Below, piece after piece: positions 26,049 through 34,107 of a stretch of DNA of 64,000 bases. The stretch is from Rhizomicrobium sp. (GTDB taxonomy: Bacteria; Pseudomonadota; Alphaproteobacteria; Micropepsales; Micropepsaceae). Location: assembly GCA_035549495.1 (NCBI GenBank), contig DASZQV010000007.1, positions 251,601 to 315,600 of the forward strand, written 5' to 3'. The notes under the pieces were generated by a model, which saw only the letters and a program-made list of their open reading frames with translations, ran no database searches and had not been told where the DNA came from. Each line of letters opens with the position of its first letter. Position 1 is the first letter of the stretch. Both the position numbers and the translations under genes were made by a program.

Positions 26049-27000
26049 TCAGCTCGCAGAACTTCGCCAGATCGATATTGCCGCCCGACACCACGGCGAC
26101 GACCGGCCCGTCGCCCGCCATCCCCTTCAGCGCCGCCGCGACCGACAAAGCGCCCGCGCCTTCGGCGATCACGCGCGCCTTCTCGGCGAGCAGGCGCATC
26201 GCCGCGCGCGTCTCCTCGAGGCTGACCACGAAATAGCCGTCGGTCACCATCTGCAGCCGCTCCCACATGCGCGGGAACATGCTCTGCCCGCCCGCGCCGT
26301 CGACGAACGAGACGCGCCAGTCCTTGAACCGCTGCGGCGAGCCCATCTTGTGCGACAGCGCCGCCGGCGCGGCGGTCTCGGGCTCGACGCCGAACATCTT
26401 GATGTGGGGCGCAAGCGCCTTGATCGCGCTGCCGACACCGGCCAGCAGCCCGCCGCCGCCGATGCCGCAGAGCACGGCTTTGGTGTTGGGCTCGTCCTCG
26501 AGGATCTCGAGCCCGATCGAGCCATGGCCGGCGATGAAATCGTGGTCGTCGAAGGGATGCACGAAGGTGCCCTCGACGCCCGGATAGGCGCGGTCGTTCA
26601 ACGCCTGCCAGGCGCGGTCGTAGGAGACGGGAATGACCTTCGCGCCCAGGGCTTGCATGCGCTGGCGCTTGGCTTCGGGGGCGGTCTCGATGGCGACGAC
26701 GGTGCAGGGGACGCCCGCGGCCCGTGCGGCGTAAGCCACGCCCTGCCCGGCATTGCCGGCGCTGATCGTCCACACGCCCTTGGCGCGGTCCGCATCCGAG
26801 AGCAGCGCCACGGCATTCGCCGCACCGCGCAGCTTGTAGGCATTGATCGGCTGGAGGTTCTCGAGCTTGAGGCGGATGTCGGGGAAGCCCGGCCCCAGCT
26901 GCAGCTTGACCAGCGGCGTGCGCATGACGGTCGAGGCGATGCGCCCGCGAGCGGCGACGATCTCGTCGAGCGTGATGGGGCGGACGGGGGAAAGCGACAT
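26035..27000 (-). CDS. PLP-dependent threonine/serine dehydratase-family enzyme
   Basis: PLP-lysine motif NLQPINAYKLRGA, SAGNAGQGVA and a Gly-rich GGGGL loop. SD GGAG upstream. Confidence 0.88.
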   Translation of the reverse strand: MSLSPVRPITLDEIVAARGRIASTVMRTPLVKLQLGPGFPDIRLKLENLQPINAYKLRGAANAVALLSDADRAKGVWTISAGNAGQGVAYAARAAGVPCTVVAIETAPEAKRQRMQALGAKVIPVSYDRAWQALNDRAYPGVEGTFVHPFDDHDFIAGHGSIGLEILEDEPNTKAVLCGIGGGGLLAGVGSAIKALAPHIKMFGVEPETAAPAALSHKMGSPQRFKDWRVSFVDGAGGQSMFPRMWERLQMVTDGYFVVSLEETRAAMRLLAEKARVIAEGAGALSVAAALKGMAGDGPVVAVVSGGNIDLAKFCELISAG

Positions 27001-27076
27001 GAAAAGCTCCGTACGGCTTGCCAGGCGTAGCGACGCGGAGCCAGCCCAGGCTTCGCCCTTCGGGCTACGCCGGGCA

Positions 27077-27105
27077 GTCTTCGCTCCGCTTTGCGTCGCG
27101 AAGAC
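27077..27105 (-). terminator. stem-loop immediately 3' of tRNA-Val
   Basis: GTCTTCGC (27077..27084) pairs with GCGAAGAC (27098..27105). Confidence 0.4.
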
Positions 27106-27180
27106 TGGTGGGCGCGACAGGGATCGAACCTGTGACCCCTACCATGTCAAGGTAGTGCTCTCCCGCTGAGCTACGCGCCC
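27106..27180 (-). tRNA. tRNA-Val (anticodon GAC), CCA encoded
   Basis: The reverse complement folds by hand into a cloverleaf: GGGCGCG-TA-GCTC-AGCGGGA-GAGC-A-CTACC-TTGACAT-GGTAG-GGGTC-ACAGG-TTCGATC-CCTGT-CGCGCCC-ACCA. Confidence 0.93.
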
Positions 27181-27194
27181 CTTGAAGGGAGGCC

Positions 27195-27223
27195 TCTATA
27201 GCCTCCCCCCGGAAGGCGTTCAA
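27195..27223 (-). promoter_or_regulatory. putative sigma70-type promoter of tRNA-Val
   Basis: On the minus strand, TTGAAC (27223..27218), N17, TATAGA (27200..27195). This lies about 14 nt upstream of the tRNA 5' end. Confidence 0.35.
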
Positions 27224-27230
27224 GCGCCGC

Positions 27231-27899
27231 TTAGTCGCCGTTCCTGAGGTTGAAGACCACGGCGGCGACGGCGGTCGCCGGCACCGGCGCGCCGTCATGG
27301 GTGGCCGGCTTGTAGGTCCAGTGCTGCAGCACCCAGCTCACCGCCGCCTGATCGAGGCCGGGAAAGCCGCTCGACTGGACCACCTCGGCCGCCGTCACCG
27401 CGCCCTGCGGCGAGATGGTCAGCCTGAGCTTCACCGTGCCCTGATGCCCAAGCCGGCGCTCGAGCGTCGGATAAGGCGGGATGGTGTGGGTGCTCGCGAT
27501 CCCCATCGCCGCGGTGTCGGGAACGGCGCCGGTTCCTGACGGCCCCTGCGGCGGACGTGGAGGCTGCGGCGGCATCAGCGGCGGATCCTTGATCTCGATG
27601 TCGATGATCGGCTTCGGCACCACGGGATCGGTCGTCCCCCTGAGCTCGACGATCGGCAGCTCGGGCTTGGGCGGCGGCGGCACCTCCTTCTTCTTCTCCT
27701 GGGTGCCGACCACCACGAGGTCCGGCACGACTGCCTTGACGATCTTCTGTCCGAGACCGGTGACGATCGCCCAGATCGCGAGCGCATGAAGCAAGCCGAC
27801 GAAACCGAGGCCGACGATGCGCTCCGGCGTCATCTCGCGGCGTCCCCCGGCGATGGCATGGATTGGCTGATGCATGGTTCTCCCCTTGTCTTGCGACAA
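27231..27899 (-). CDS. tonB: TonB-family energy transducer (orphan copy)
   Basis: N-terminal TM anchor, Pro-rich spacer (KKEVPPPPKPELP...PPLMPPQPPRPPQ), and C-terminal TonB domain (PPYPTLERRLGHQGTVKLRLTISPQGAV). The start may be M9 (27875). Confidence 0.8.
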   Translation of the reverse strand: MSQDKGRTMHQPIHAIAGGRREMTPERIVGLGFVGLLHALAIWAIVTGLGQKIVKAVVPDLVVVGTQEKKKEVPPPPKPELPIVELRGTTDPVVPKPIIDIEIKDPPLMPPQPPRPPQGPSGTGAVPDTAAMGIASTHTIPPYPTLERRLGHQGTVKLRLTISPQGAVTAAEVVQSSGFPGLDQAAVSWVLQHWTYKPATHDGAPVPATAVAAVVFNLRNGD

Positions 27900-27971
27900 G
27901 GAAAGGCTGCGCGCCGATCAAGGCGCGGCGCGGACGCCATTGCGGCGGGCCCGCAGCAATCGCGGCGCAAA

Positions 27972-28331
27972 TCAGGCGGCGATCATCCGGTCGACTTCGG
28001 CGACGATCTCGCGCAGATGGAACGGCTTGGAGAGCACCTTGGCCTGCTTGGGCGCCTGCGACGAGGGATGCAGCGCCACGGCGGCGAAGCCGGTGATGAA
28101 CATGATCTTCAGCGCCGCGTTCATCTCGGCCGCGCGCTTGGCGAGCTCGATCCCGTCCATGCCGGGCATGACGATGTCGGTGAGCAGCAGGTCGAAGCGA
28201 TAGCCCTTGAGGCATTCCCATGCTTCGCTGCCGTCGCCGAAATCGGTGACGTCGTGGCCGGCGCGCACCAGCGCCTGCGCCAGGAACTTGCGCAGCGATT
28301 CGTCGTCTTCGGCCAGAAGGATATGCGCCAT
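27972..28331 (-). CDS. cpdR: single-domain response regulator CpdR
   Basis: Trimmed to MAHILLAEDDESLRKFL... Phospho-acceptor region DLLLTDIVMPGMDGIELAKRA, then KIMFITGFAAVAL...VLSKPFHLREIV, which matches my memory of CpdR. SD GGAG upstream. Confidence 0.78.
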   Translation of the reverse strand: MAHILLAEDDESLRKFLAQALVRAGHDVTDFGDGSEAWECLKGYRFDLLLTDIVMPGMDGIELAKRAAEMNAALKIMFITGFAAVALHPSSQAPKQAKVLSKPFHLREIVAEVDRMIAA

Positions 28332-28486
28332 GTCCCGCTCCGAATGGGCAGTAGAGCGTATAATCGGCAAATCTGTAAATGGCGGTTAACGACGCGGGTT
28401 AACGCTACGGACCGGGCGCCGGCCGGGTTTTGCTTGATCGCCCGCGCGGGCGGTGCTTCCCTTGAGAGGATGAGGATGAGCTGCGC

Positions 28487-29398
28487 ATGACGGGCCCCTT
28501 CCGGCCGGACACCGACGACAGGTTCGACGCGGTTTTGAGCGCGCTCTACGCCCATCCGTTCAAGATCCACCGCCCGCTCGAGCAGAAGATCCCGTTCGTC
28601 TTCGCCTCCCCGCATTCGGGCCGGCTCTATCCGCGCGGCATGGTCGCGAGGAGCCGCCTCGATCCCTTGACCCTGCGCCGCTCGGAAGACGCCTATGCCG
28701 ACGTGCTGTTCGGCCAGGCGGTCGATCTCGGCGCGCCCTTGCTGGCGGCGCGCTTCCCCCGCGCCTTCCTGGACGCGAACCGCGCCGCGGGCGAGCTCGA
28801 CGCGACGATGTTCGACGGGCCGCTGCGCGTGCGGGTCGAGCCCGCCAATGCGCGGGTGCAGGCGGGGCTCGGCGTCATCCCGCGCATCGTGCGCGACGGC
28901 GCCGACATCTATGCCGGCCGCCTCGATCCCCTGGAGGCCGAGCACCGGCTGGAGCGCCTGCACCAGCCCTATCACGCGGCGCTGGCGCGGCTCGTCGACG
29001 AGACCAAGCGCCGCTTCGGCATCGCCATCGTCGTCGATTGCCACTCGATGCCCTCGGCCGCGTCGGTGCCCGACATCGTGCTCGGCGACCGCTACGGCGC
29101 CGCGGCGTCGCCGATGCTGACCGCGGTCGCGGAAGCCGCGCTCGCGCGCGAGGGCTTCGGCGTCGCGCGCAACGCGCCTTACGCCGGCGGCTACACCACT
29201 CATCTCTACGGACGGCGCGAGGCCCATGTCCACGCGCTGCAGATCGAGATCAACCGCACGCTCTATCTCGACGAGGAGCGCGTCGAGCCCGGCGCGAATT
29301 TCCTTTCCGTGCAGGCGCGGCTGACCAACGCGCTCGCCACCCTCGCCGCCATCGACCTCGACACGCTGGGCCGTCCGCTCGCGCACGCCGCGGAGTAG
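28487..29398 (+). CDS. N-formylglutamate amidohydrolase-family protein
   Basis: FASPHSGR, RAFLDANR and VVDCHSMPS motifs of the FGase family. Confidence 0.85.
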   Translation: MTGPFRPDTDDRFDAVLSALYAHPFKIHRPLEQKIPFVFASPHSGRLYPRGMVARSRLDPLTLRRSEDAYADVLFGQAVDLGAPLLAARFPRAFLDANRAAGELDATMFDGPLRVRVEPANARVQAGLGVIPRIVRDGADIYAGRLDPLEAEHRLERLHQPYHAALARLVDETKRRFGIAIVVDCHSMPSAASVPDIVLGDRYGAAASPMLTAVAEAALAREGFGVARNAPYAGGYTTHLYGRREAHVHALQIEINRTLYLDEERVEPGANFLSVQARLTNALATLAAIDLDTLGRPLAHAAE

Positions 29399-29432
29399 CC
29401 AAGACGCACGGGCTTGCGTCCCTGGACTTGCC

Positions 29433-29459
29433 GTAGTAGTTTCTACTACATGTGTAGTA
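29433..29459 (+). promoter_or_regulatory. putative BlaI-family operator (two overlapping dyads)
   Basis: GTAGTAG-TTT-CTACTAC at 29433..29449 and TACTACA-TG-TGTAGTA at 29444..29459. The second contains the TACA/TGTA core of BlaI/MecI operators. It ends 1 nt before ATG 29461. Confidence 0.5.
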
Positions 29460-29460
29460 C

Positions 29461-29865
29461 ATGGACGTGCCCGCCATGCCTCAACCCAAGCTGAGCAGGC
29501 TCGAGCTTCGGATCATGGAAGCGCTGTGGACGCGCGGCGCGTCGTCGGTGCGCGAGGTGCAGGAGCATTTCCCCGAAAGGAAGCGGCCCGCCTACACCAC
29601 GGTCCAGACCATGATCTATCGCATGGAGGCGAAGAAGGTTCTCCGCCGCGTGAAGAAGATCGGCAACGCGCACATCTTCGAAGCCACGCTCTCGCGCGGC
29701 ACGATCCAGCGCCGTTTCATCGACGAGCTGATCGGCCTTTTCGGCGGCCGCATGCAGCCGGTCATGGCGCATCTGGTCGAGACGGGAAAGCTCACCCTCG
29801 AGGACGTGCAGGACGCCGAGAAGCGCCTGCGCGAGCTGGCAAGCCAGAAGGGGAAGAAAGGATGA
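29461..29865 (+). CDS. BlaI/MecI/CopY-family transcriptional repressor
   Basis: LSRLELRIMEALWTRGASSVREVQEHF...AYTTVQTMIYRMEAKKVLRR winged helix plus a C-terminal dimerisation helix. The start may be M6 (29476). Confidence 0.88.
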   Translation: MDVPAMPQPKLSRLELRIMEALWTRGASSVREVQEHFPERKRPAYTTVQTMIYRMEAKKVLRRVKKIGNAHIFEATLSRGTIQRRFIDELIGLFGGRMQPVMAHLVETGKLTLEDVQDAEKRLRELASQKGKKG

Positions 29866-31445
29866 GCGCGCTCGCCGATCATCTCTGGCAGTCGACCTTG
29901 TTTGCAGGCGCGCTGGGCCTTCTGACGCTGGCCTTCCGCGACAACCGCGCCGCCGTGCGTTACGGCCTGTGGTTCGCGGCCTCGCTCAAATTCCTGGTGC
30001 CGTTTCCGGCCCTGCTGGCGCTGGGCGAACGGCTCGCGCCTGCCACCGCGACCGTGGCGCCCGTCTTCACGCGGATGGTCGCCCGCTTGCTGCCCGATAC
30101 GCATCTCGCTGCCGTCATGCCGGCAGCGCCGGCGCCGCAGGCGGCAATGCTTCTTTCTGTCGTGTGGGCGTGCGGCTTTGCGGGGCTGACCGCGCTGTGG
30201 CTCGTCCGCTTGGCGCGGCTGAACCGGATCGTGCGCGAGGCGCGCAGCCTCTCGACCGCGGGGCCGCTGCCGGTGAAAGCGTCGGCCGCGCTGCTGGAGC
30301 CGGGCCTGGTCGGAATCTGGCGGCCGGTGCTGCTGCTGCCGGAGAGCATTCTCGCGCATCTCTCGCCGCGCGAGCTGGCCGCCATCGAAGCGCATGAGCG
30401 CTGCCATCTCGCGCGCAGGGACAACCTCACCGCGGCGATCCACATGACGATCGCCAATTTGTTCTGGTTCCATCCGCTGATGTGGTGGCTGGGCGCGCGC
30501 CTGGTCGAGGAGCGCGAGCGCGCCTGCGACGAGGCCGTGCTGGATGCGGGCAGCGAGCCCGAGACCTATGCCGGCAGCATCCTGAAGGTCTGCGCCTTCA
30601 CCACGCAATCGGAGCTTCTGTGCGCGGCCGGCGTGTCGGGCGCGAACCTCAAACGCAGGATCGAGACGATCATGAACAACCGGCCCGCAACGCGCCTCGG
30701 CGCCGCGAAGAAATCCCTGCTCGCGGCCGTCGCCGCCGCGGCCGTCGCAGCGCCGGTGCTGATCGGGCTGGCCTCGACGAGCGGCGCGGGGACCTCGCAG
30801 CAGGAACGCTTGGCCGAGCAGCGCAAGCCGCGCGCCGAAATAGCGTTCGACCCGGCGGGCTTCGACAAGTTCGTGGGCTATTACCGGATGGACCCGGCCA
30901 CGGTCTTCGCCGTCGCGCGCAGCGGCAACCGCTTCCTCGTCGGCACCATCGGCCAGACGCCCGACAGGGTCTACCCGGAGAGCGCGAGCAAGTTTTTCCT
31001 CAAGGGCTTCGACCCGCCGGCGCAGTACAGCTTCACGGCCCATGAGATGGTGCTGCATCAGTCCGGCGAGGAGCAGCACGCGCCGCGCATCGCGGAGAGC
31101 GAAGGCAAGGCGGCCGAAGCGGCGCTCGCGCAACGCATCGCGCGCAACAAGCCCAGCCCCGGCACCGAGGCCGCGCTCCGCCGCCAGATCGACGGTCTCA
31201 TGAGCGGCCATCCGGATTATTCCATCATGGCGCCGAACCTGGCCGCCGGCACGCGCCAGATGCTCGGCGCGCTTCACGCCAAGATCGCCGCCTGGGGTCC
31301 GGTGATGTCGGTGACGTTCGTGGGCGTCGCCAAGGACGGCATGGATGTCTACGAGGTCGCGTGCCGCGACAAGCGCTCGAAATGGGAGATCGGGCCGCTG
31401 ACCGCGGACGGCAGGATCGCCAGCATCTTTTTCGGTGAGGTCTGA
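29862..31445 (+). CDS. M56-family (BlaR1-like) membrane metalloprotease/sensor with non-PBP C-terminal domain
   Basis: Own start ATG 29862 (ATGA overlap with the repressor stop). N-terminus MSALADHLWQSTLFAGALGLL; HExxH present as AHERCHLARRDN. A periplasmic C-terminal ~230 aa follows a TM helix. Confidence 0.85.
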   Translation: MSALADHLWQSTLFAGALGLLTLAFRDNRAAVRYGLWFAASLKFLVPFPALLALGERLAPATATVAPVFTRMVARLLPDTHLAAVMPAAPAPQAAMLLSVVWACGFAGLTALWLVRLARLNRIVREARSLSTAGPLPVKASAALLEPGLVGIWRPVLLLPESILAHLSPRELAAIEAHERCHLARRDNLTAAIHMTIANLFWFHPLMWWLGARLVEERERACDEAVLDAGSEPETYAGSILKVCAFTTQSELLCAAGVSGANLKRRIETIMNNRPATRLGAAKKSLLAAVAAAAVAAPVLIGLASTSGAGTSQQERLAEQRKPRAEIAFDPAGFDKFVGYYRMDPATVFAVARSGNRFLVGTIGQTPDRVYPESASKFFLKGFDPPAQYSFTAHEMVLHQSGEEQHAPRIAESEGKAAEAALAQRIARNKPSPGTEAALRRQIDGLMSGHPDYSIMAPNLAAGTRQMLGALHAKIAAWGPVMSVTFVGVAKDGMDVYEVACRDKRSKWEIGPLTADGRIASIFFGEV

Positions 31446-31447
31446 AG

Positions 31448-32836
31448 ATGAAATCGCTCGTCGTCGCAGCGCTGCTCGCCACGGCCTCTTCCGCGCAGGC
31501 GCCGGAGATCCCCGACACCCCCGCGGGCCGCGTGCTCGCGGCGTGGGTGAGCGCCGTGAATTCGGGCAACGAAGCCAAGGCCCAGGCCTATGCCGACAAA
31601 TATCATCGCAAGAGCACGGGCAAGGACTATGTCGGCCTGCACCAGGCGCTGGGCGATCTCACCGTCCTCAAGATCGAGAAGAATGAGCCCAACGACGTCG
31701 TCGTCGTCCTGGGCGAGGCCAATTTCGACGAGGCGCTGCGCTCGGAATTCAAGACCGACCCCGCCGATCCCGACAAGCTCGTCTTCGCCCAATCGGCCGG
31801 CACCGACCGGCCGGACGACGTCGCCATCCCGCGTCTGGCGCGCGACGCGGCGTTGAAAGCGACGATCGCGCGCGTGGAAGCCGGCGCGGCGAAGGACAAA
31901 TACATGGGTGTGGTGCTGATCGAGGATCACGGCAGGATCCTGCTCGAGAAGGCCTGGGGCTATGGCGACCGCGAGAAGAAGATTCCGCTCAAGGTGACCG
32001 ACAAGTTCCGCCTCGGCTCGATGAACAAGATGTTCACCGCGGTCGCCACCTTGCAGCTCGTGGGCCAGGGCAAGCTCTCGCTCGACGGCACGGTGGGCCA
32101 GTACCTGCCCGGCTACCCCAACAAGGAGATCGCCGACAAGGTCACGATCCGCATGCTGCTCACCCATGTGGGCGGCACCGGCGAGATCTTCGGCGACGAA
32201 TTCGACAAGCACCGCCTCGAGCTGAAGACGCTGGACGATTACGTGACGCTCTACGGCGCGCGCGGGCCGGAGTTTCCGCCGGGCTCGACGACGAGCTATT
32301 CCAATTACGGCTTCATCCTGCTCGGCGCGATCGTCGCCAAGGCGAGCGGCGAGGACTATTACGATTATGTCCGCGACCACATCTTCAAGCCTGCCGGCAT
32401 GACCGACAGCGGCTCGCTGCCGGAGACGGAGAGCGTGCCCGGCCGCGTGAACGGCTATACCGACAACAACGGCAAATGGGTGCTCAACACCGACACTTTG
32501 CCGTGGCGCGGCACCTCGGCGGGCGGCGGTTATTCCACCCTCGCCGATCTCCTCAAATTCGCGCATGCGATGATGGACGGAAAGCTTCTGCCGGCCGACC
32601 TGCGCGACGCCGCAACGCGGTCCGAGACCAACGGCGATTGGTACGGCTATGGCTTCGAGCTGCACGGCACCGGCCTCGCGCATTCCTACGGGCACACCGG
32701 CGGCGCGCCGGGCATGGCCACCGAGATGCGCGTCTATCCCCAGGTGAAGGTGGTGGCCATCGAGCTCAGCAACATCGATCCGGGCGCCCCGGCGATCGCG
32801 TCCTACTACACGAACCGGATGCCGCTCGTTCCCTGA
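31448..32836 (+). CDS. serine hydrolase of the class-C beta-lactamase / PBP family, secreted
   Basis: Signal peptide. SxxK present as GSMNKMF, YxN as YSNYG, and the KTG-equivalent as HTGG. 2-nt gap after the BlaR1-like gene. Confidence 0.88.
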   Translation: MKSLVVAALLATASSAQAPEIPDTPAGRVLAAWVSAVNSGNEAKAQAYADKYHRKSTGKDYVGLHQALGDLTVLKIEKNEPNDVVVVLGEANFDEALRSEFKTDPADPDKLVFAQSAGTDRPDDVAIPRLARDAALKATIARVEAGAAKDKYMGVVLIEDHGRILLEKAWGYGDREKKIPLKVTDKFRLGSMNKMFTAVATLQLVGQGKLSLDGTVGQYLPGYPNKEIADKVTIRMLLTHVGGTGEIFGDEFDKHRLELKTLDDYVTLYGARGPEFPPGSTTSYSNYGFILLGAIVAKASGEDYYDYVRDHIFKPAGMTDSGSLPETESVPGRVNGYTDNNGKWVLNTDTLPWRGTSAGGGYSTLADLLKFAHAMMDGKLLPADLRDAATRSETNGDWYGYGFELHGTGLAHSYGHTGGAPGMATEMRVYPQVKVVAIELSNIDPGAPAIASYYTNRMPLVP

Positions 32837-32840
32837 GCAA

Positions 32841-32935
32841 GAAAAAAGGCCGCTCCCGAGGGAGCGGCCGAGTTCAGGGAGGAAACGCCCAGGAAGGGCC
32901 GCCATATTGCGAGTGCGAACTCGCCATATCGCGTT
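32841..32935 (-). ncRNA. candidate ~95-nt small RNA with CU-rich (anti-SD-like) motifs
   Basis: An orphan promoter (32969..32941) and an orphan terminator (32869..32842) lie on the same strand with no plausible CDS between them. Predicted RNA: AACGCGAUAUGGCGAGUUCGCACUCGCAAUAUGGCGGCCCUUCCUGGGCGUUUCCUCCCUGAACUCGGCCGCUCCCUCGGGAGCGGCCUUUUUUC. Confidence 0.45.
32842..32869 (-). terminator. rho-independent terminator oriented for the minus strand
   Basis: Minus-strand sequence GGCCGCTCC-CTCG-GGAGCGGCC followed by TTTTTTC: 9-bp stem (32848..32856 / 32861..32869) and T-run (32847..32842). Confidence 0.6.
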
Positions 32936-32940
32936 GCAGC

Positions 32941-32969
32941 AATATGCGCCTTCGGGGTGGGGCTGGCAA
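32941..32969 (-). promoter_or_regulatory. sigma70-like promoter of the candidate sRNA
   Basis: On the minus strand, TTGCCA (32969..32964), N17, CATATT (32946..32941). Confidence 0.45.
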
Positions 32970-33149
32970 GCCTGAGTTTGTGCAAAAAAACAGGGCAATT
33001 TGGGCAAAAATGAACCTCCATCCCGTTCTTGTGCAATGCAAAATTCACGGTAAATGACGCCGATTCACAAACTTGTCTTGGCGTCGCAACAAAAGATTCT
33101 TGCGCGCGCGCTACGCGGGTATCGCAACGCGTAAAGGTGATTCGCGGCC

Positions 33150-34079
33150 ATGCAAAAGGCGTCCCGCATCCTGGCCGACACGGTTTTGCGCGGCAGCGTC
33201 CAGGCCCGGCAGTCCACGGACCGCGGCACCGGGCGCCGCCCCCGCGGGCCAGCCGTCCTGCCGCCGGCCGCGCCCACCGCCAGGCCGTTCCGCAACCACC
33301 GCACGATCTTCATCTCGGACACCCATCTGGGCACGCGCGGCTGCAAGGCCGAGCTGCTGGCCGATTTCCTGGCGCACAACGAATGCGAGACGCTCTACCT
33401 CGTCGGCGACATCTTCGACGGCTGGCAGATCAAGCGCTGGTACTGGAGCGAGGCGCAAAGCCGGGTCGTCCGCGAGGTGCAGGACAAGATCGAGGCCGGC
33501 ACGCGGGTGATCTATGTCCCCGGCAACCACGACGAATTCCTGCGCGAATATGTCGGCCGGACCGCCTTCGGCGTCGAGGTCAGGCGCGAGGCGATCCACG
33601 AAACCGCCGCGGGCCTGCGCCTCTTGGTGATCCATGGCGACCAGTTCGACGGCGTGATCGGCTGCGCCAAATGGCTCGCCCATGTCGGCGACCGGGCCTA
33701 TACGCTCGCGCTCCAGCTCAATGACGGCCTGCACGCCATCCGCCGCGCGCTCGGCCTGCCCTATTGGTCGCTGTCGGCGTACCTCAAGCGCGCCGTCAAG
33801 AACGCGGTCGAGTACGTCTCGCGCTACGAGGAGATCGTGGCCCGCGCCGCCGCCCAGCGGGGCGTCGACGGCGTGATGTGCGGCCACATCCACCAGGCCG
33901 AGATGCGCCGGATCGGCAACATCCTCTACCTCAACGATGGTGACTGGGTTGAAAGCTGCTCCGCCCTTGTCGAAGATGCCCGCGGAAATCTGGAGATTCT
34001 GCGCTGGGCAACCTGCACTCCTCAGAGCGATCCAGCCCCTCTCGCCGCCCGCGGCGAAACCGCTCTTATACCGGCGTAG
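33150..34079 (+). CDS. plcP: LpxH-like metallophosphoesterase, PlcP-type phospholipase C (lipid renovation)
   Basis: Calcineurin-like motifs ISDTHLG, VGDIFDG, GNHDEF and HGDQFD. Followed by a GT4 glycosyltransferase, as in plcP-agt pairs of alphaproteobacteria. Confidence 0.72.
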   Translation: MQKASRILADTVLRGSVQARQSTDRGTGRRPRGPAVLPPAAPTARPFRNHRTIFISDTHLGTRGCKAELLADFLAHNECETLYLVGDIFDGWQIKRWYWSEAQSRVVREVQDKIEAGTRVIYVPGNHDEFLREYVGRTAFGVEVRREAIHETAAGLRLLVIHGDQFDGVIGCAKWLAHVGDRAYTLALQLNDGLHAIRRALGLPYWSLSAYLKRAVKNAVEYVSRYEEIVARAAAQRGVDGVMCGHIHQAEMRRIGNILYLNDGDWVESCSALVEDARGNLEILRWATCTPQSDPAPLAARGETALIPA

Positions 34080-34107
34080 GATCCGCCGGGTGAGGCCGGG
34101 CGGCGCC

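Noticed and set aside
21929-27180. A genomic island integrated at the 3' end of tRNA-Val, which would contain the P450/sulfotransferase cluster.
   Set aside because: There is no integrase and no direct repeat of the tRNA 3' end anywhere to the left. Composition looks like the rest of the window.
28386-28402. A possible CtrA box (TTAAC...TTAAC) in the cpdR / amidohydrolase intergenic region.
   Set aside because: The two TTAA half-sites are separated by 9 nt. The CtrA consensus is TTAA-N7-TTAA(C), so the spacing does not fit.
32806-33048. The 80-aa minus-strand ORF in the gap between the serine-hydrolase gene and plcP, considered as a small protein gene.
   Set aside because: It reads through the strong terminator hairpin and T-run. 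It has no SD and has odd composition. The region is better explained by a non-coding RNA plus promoter elements.
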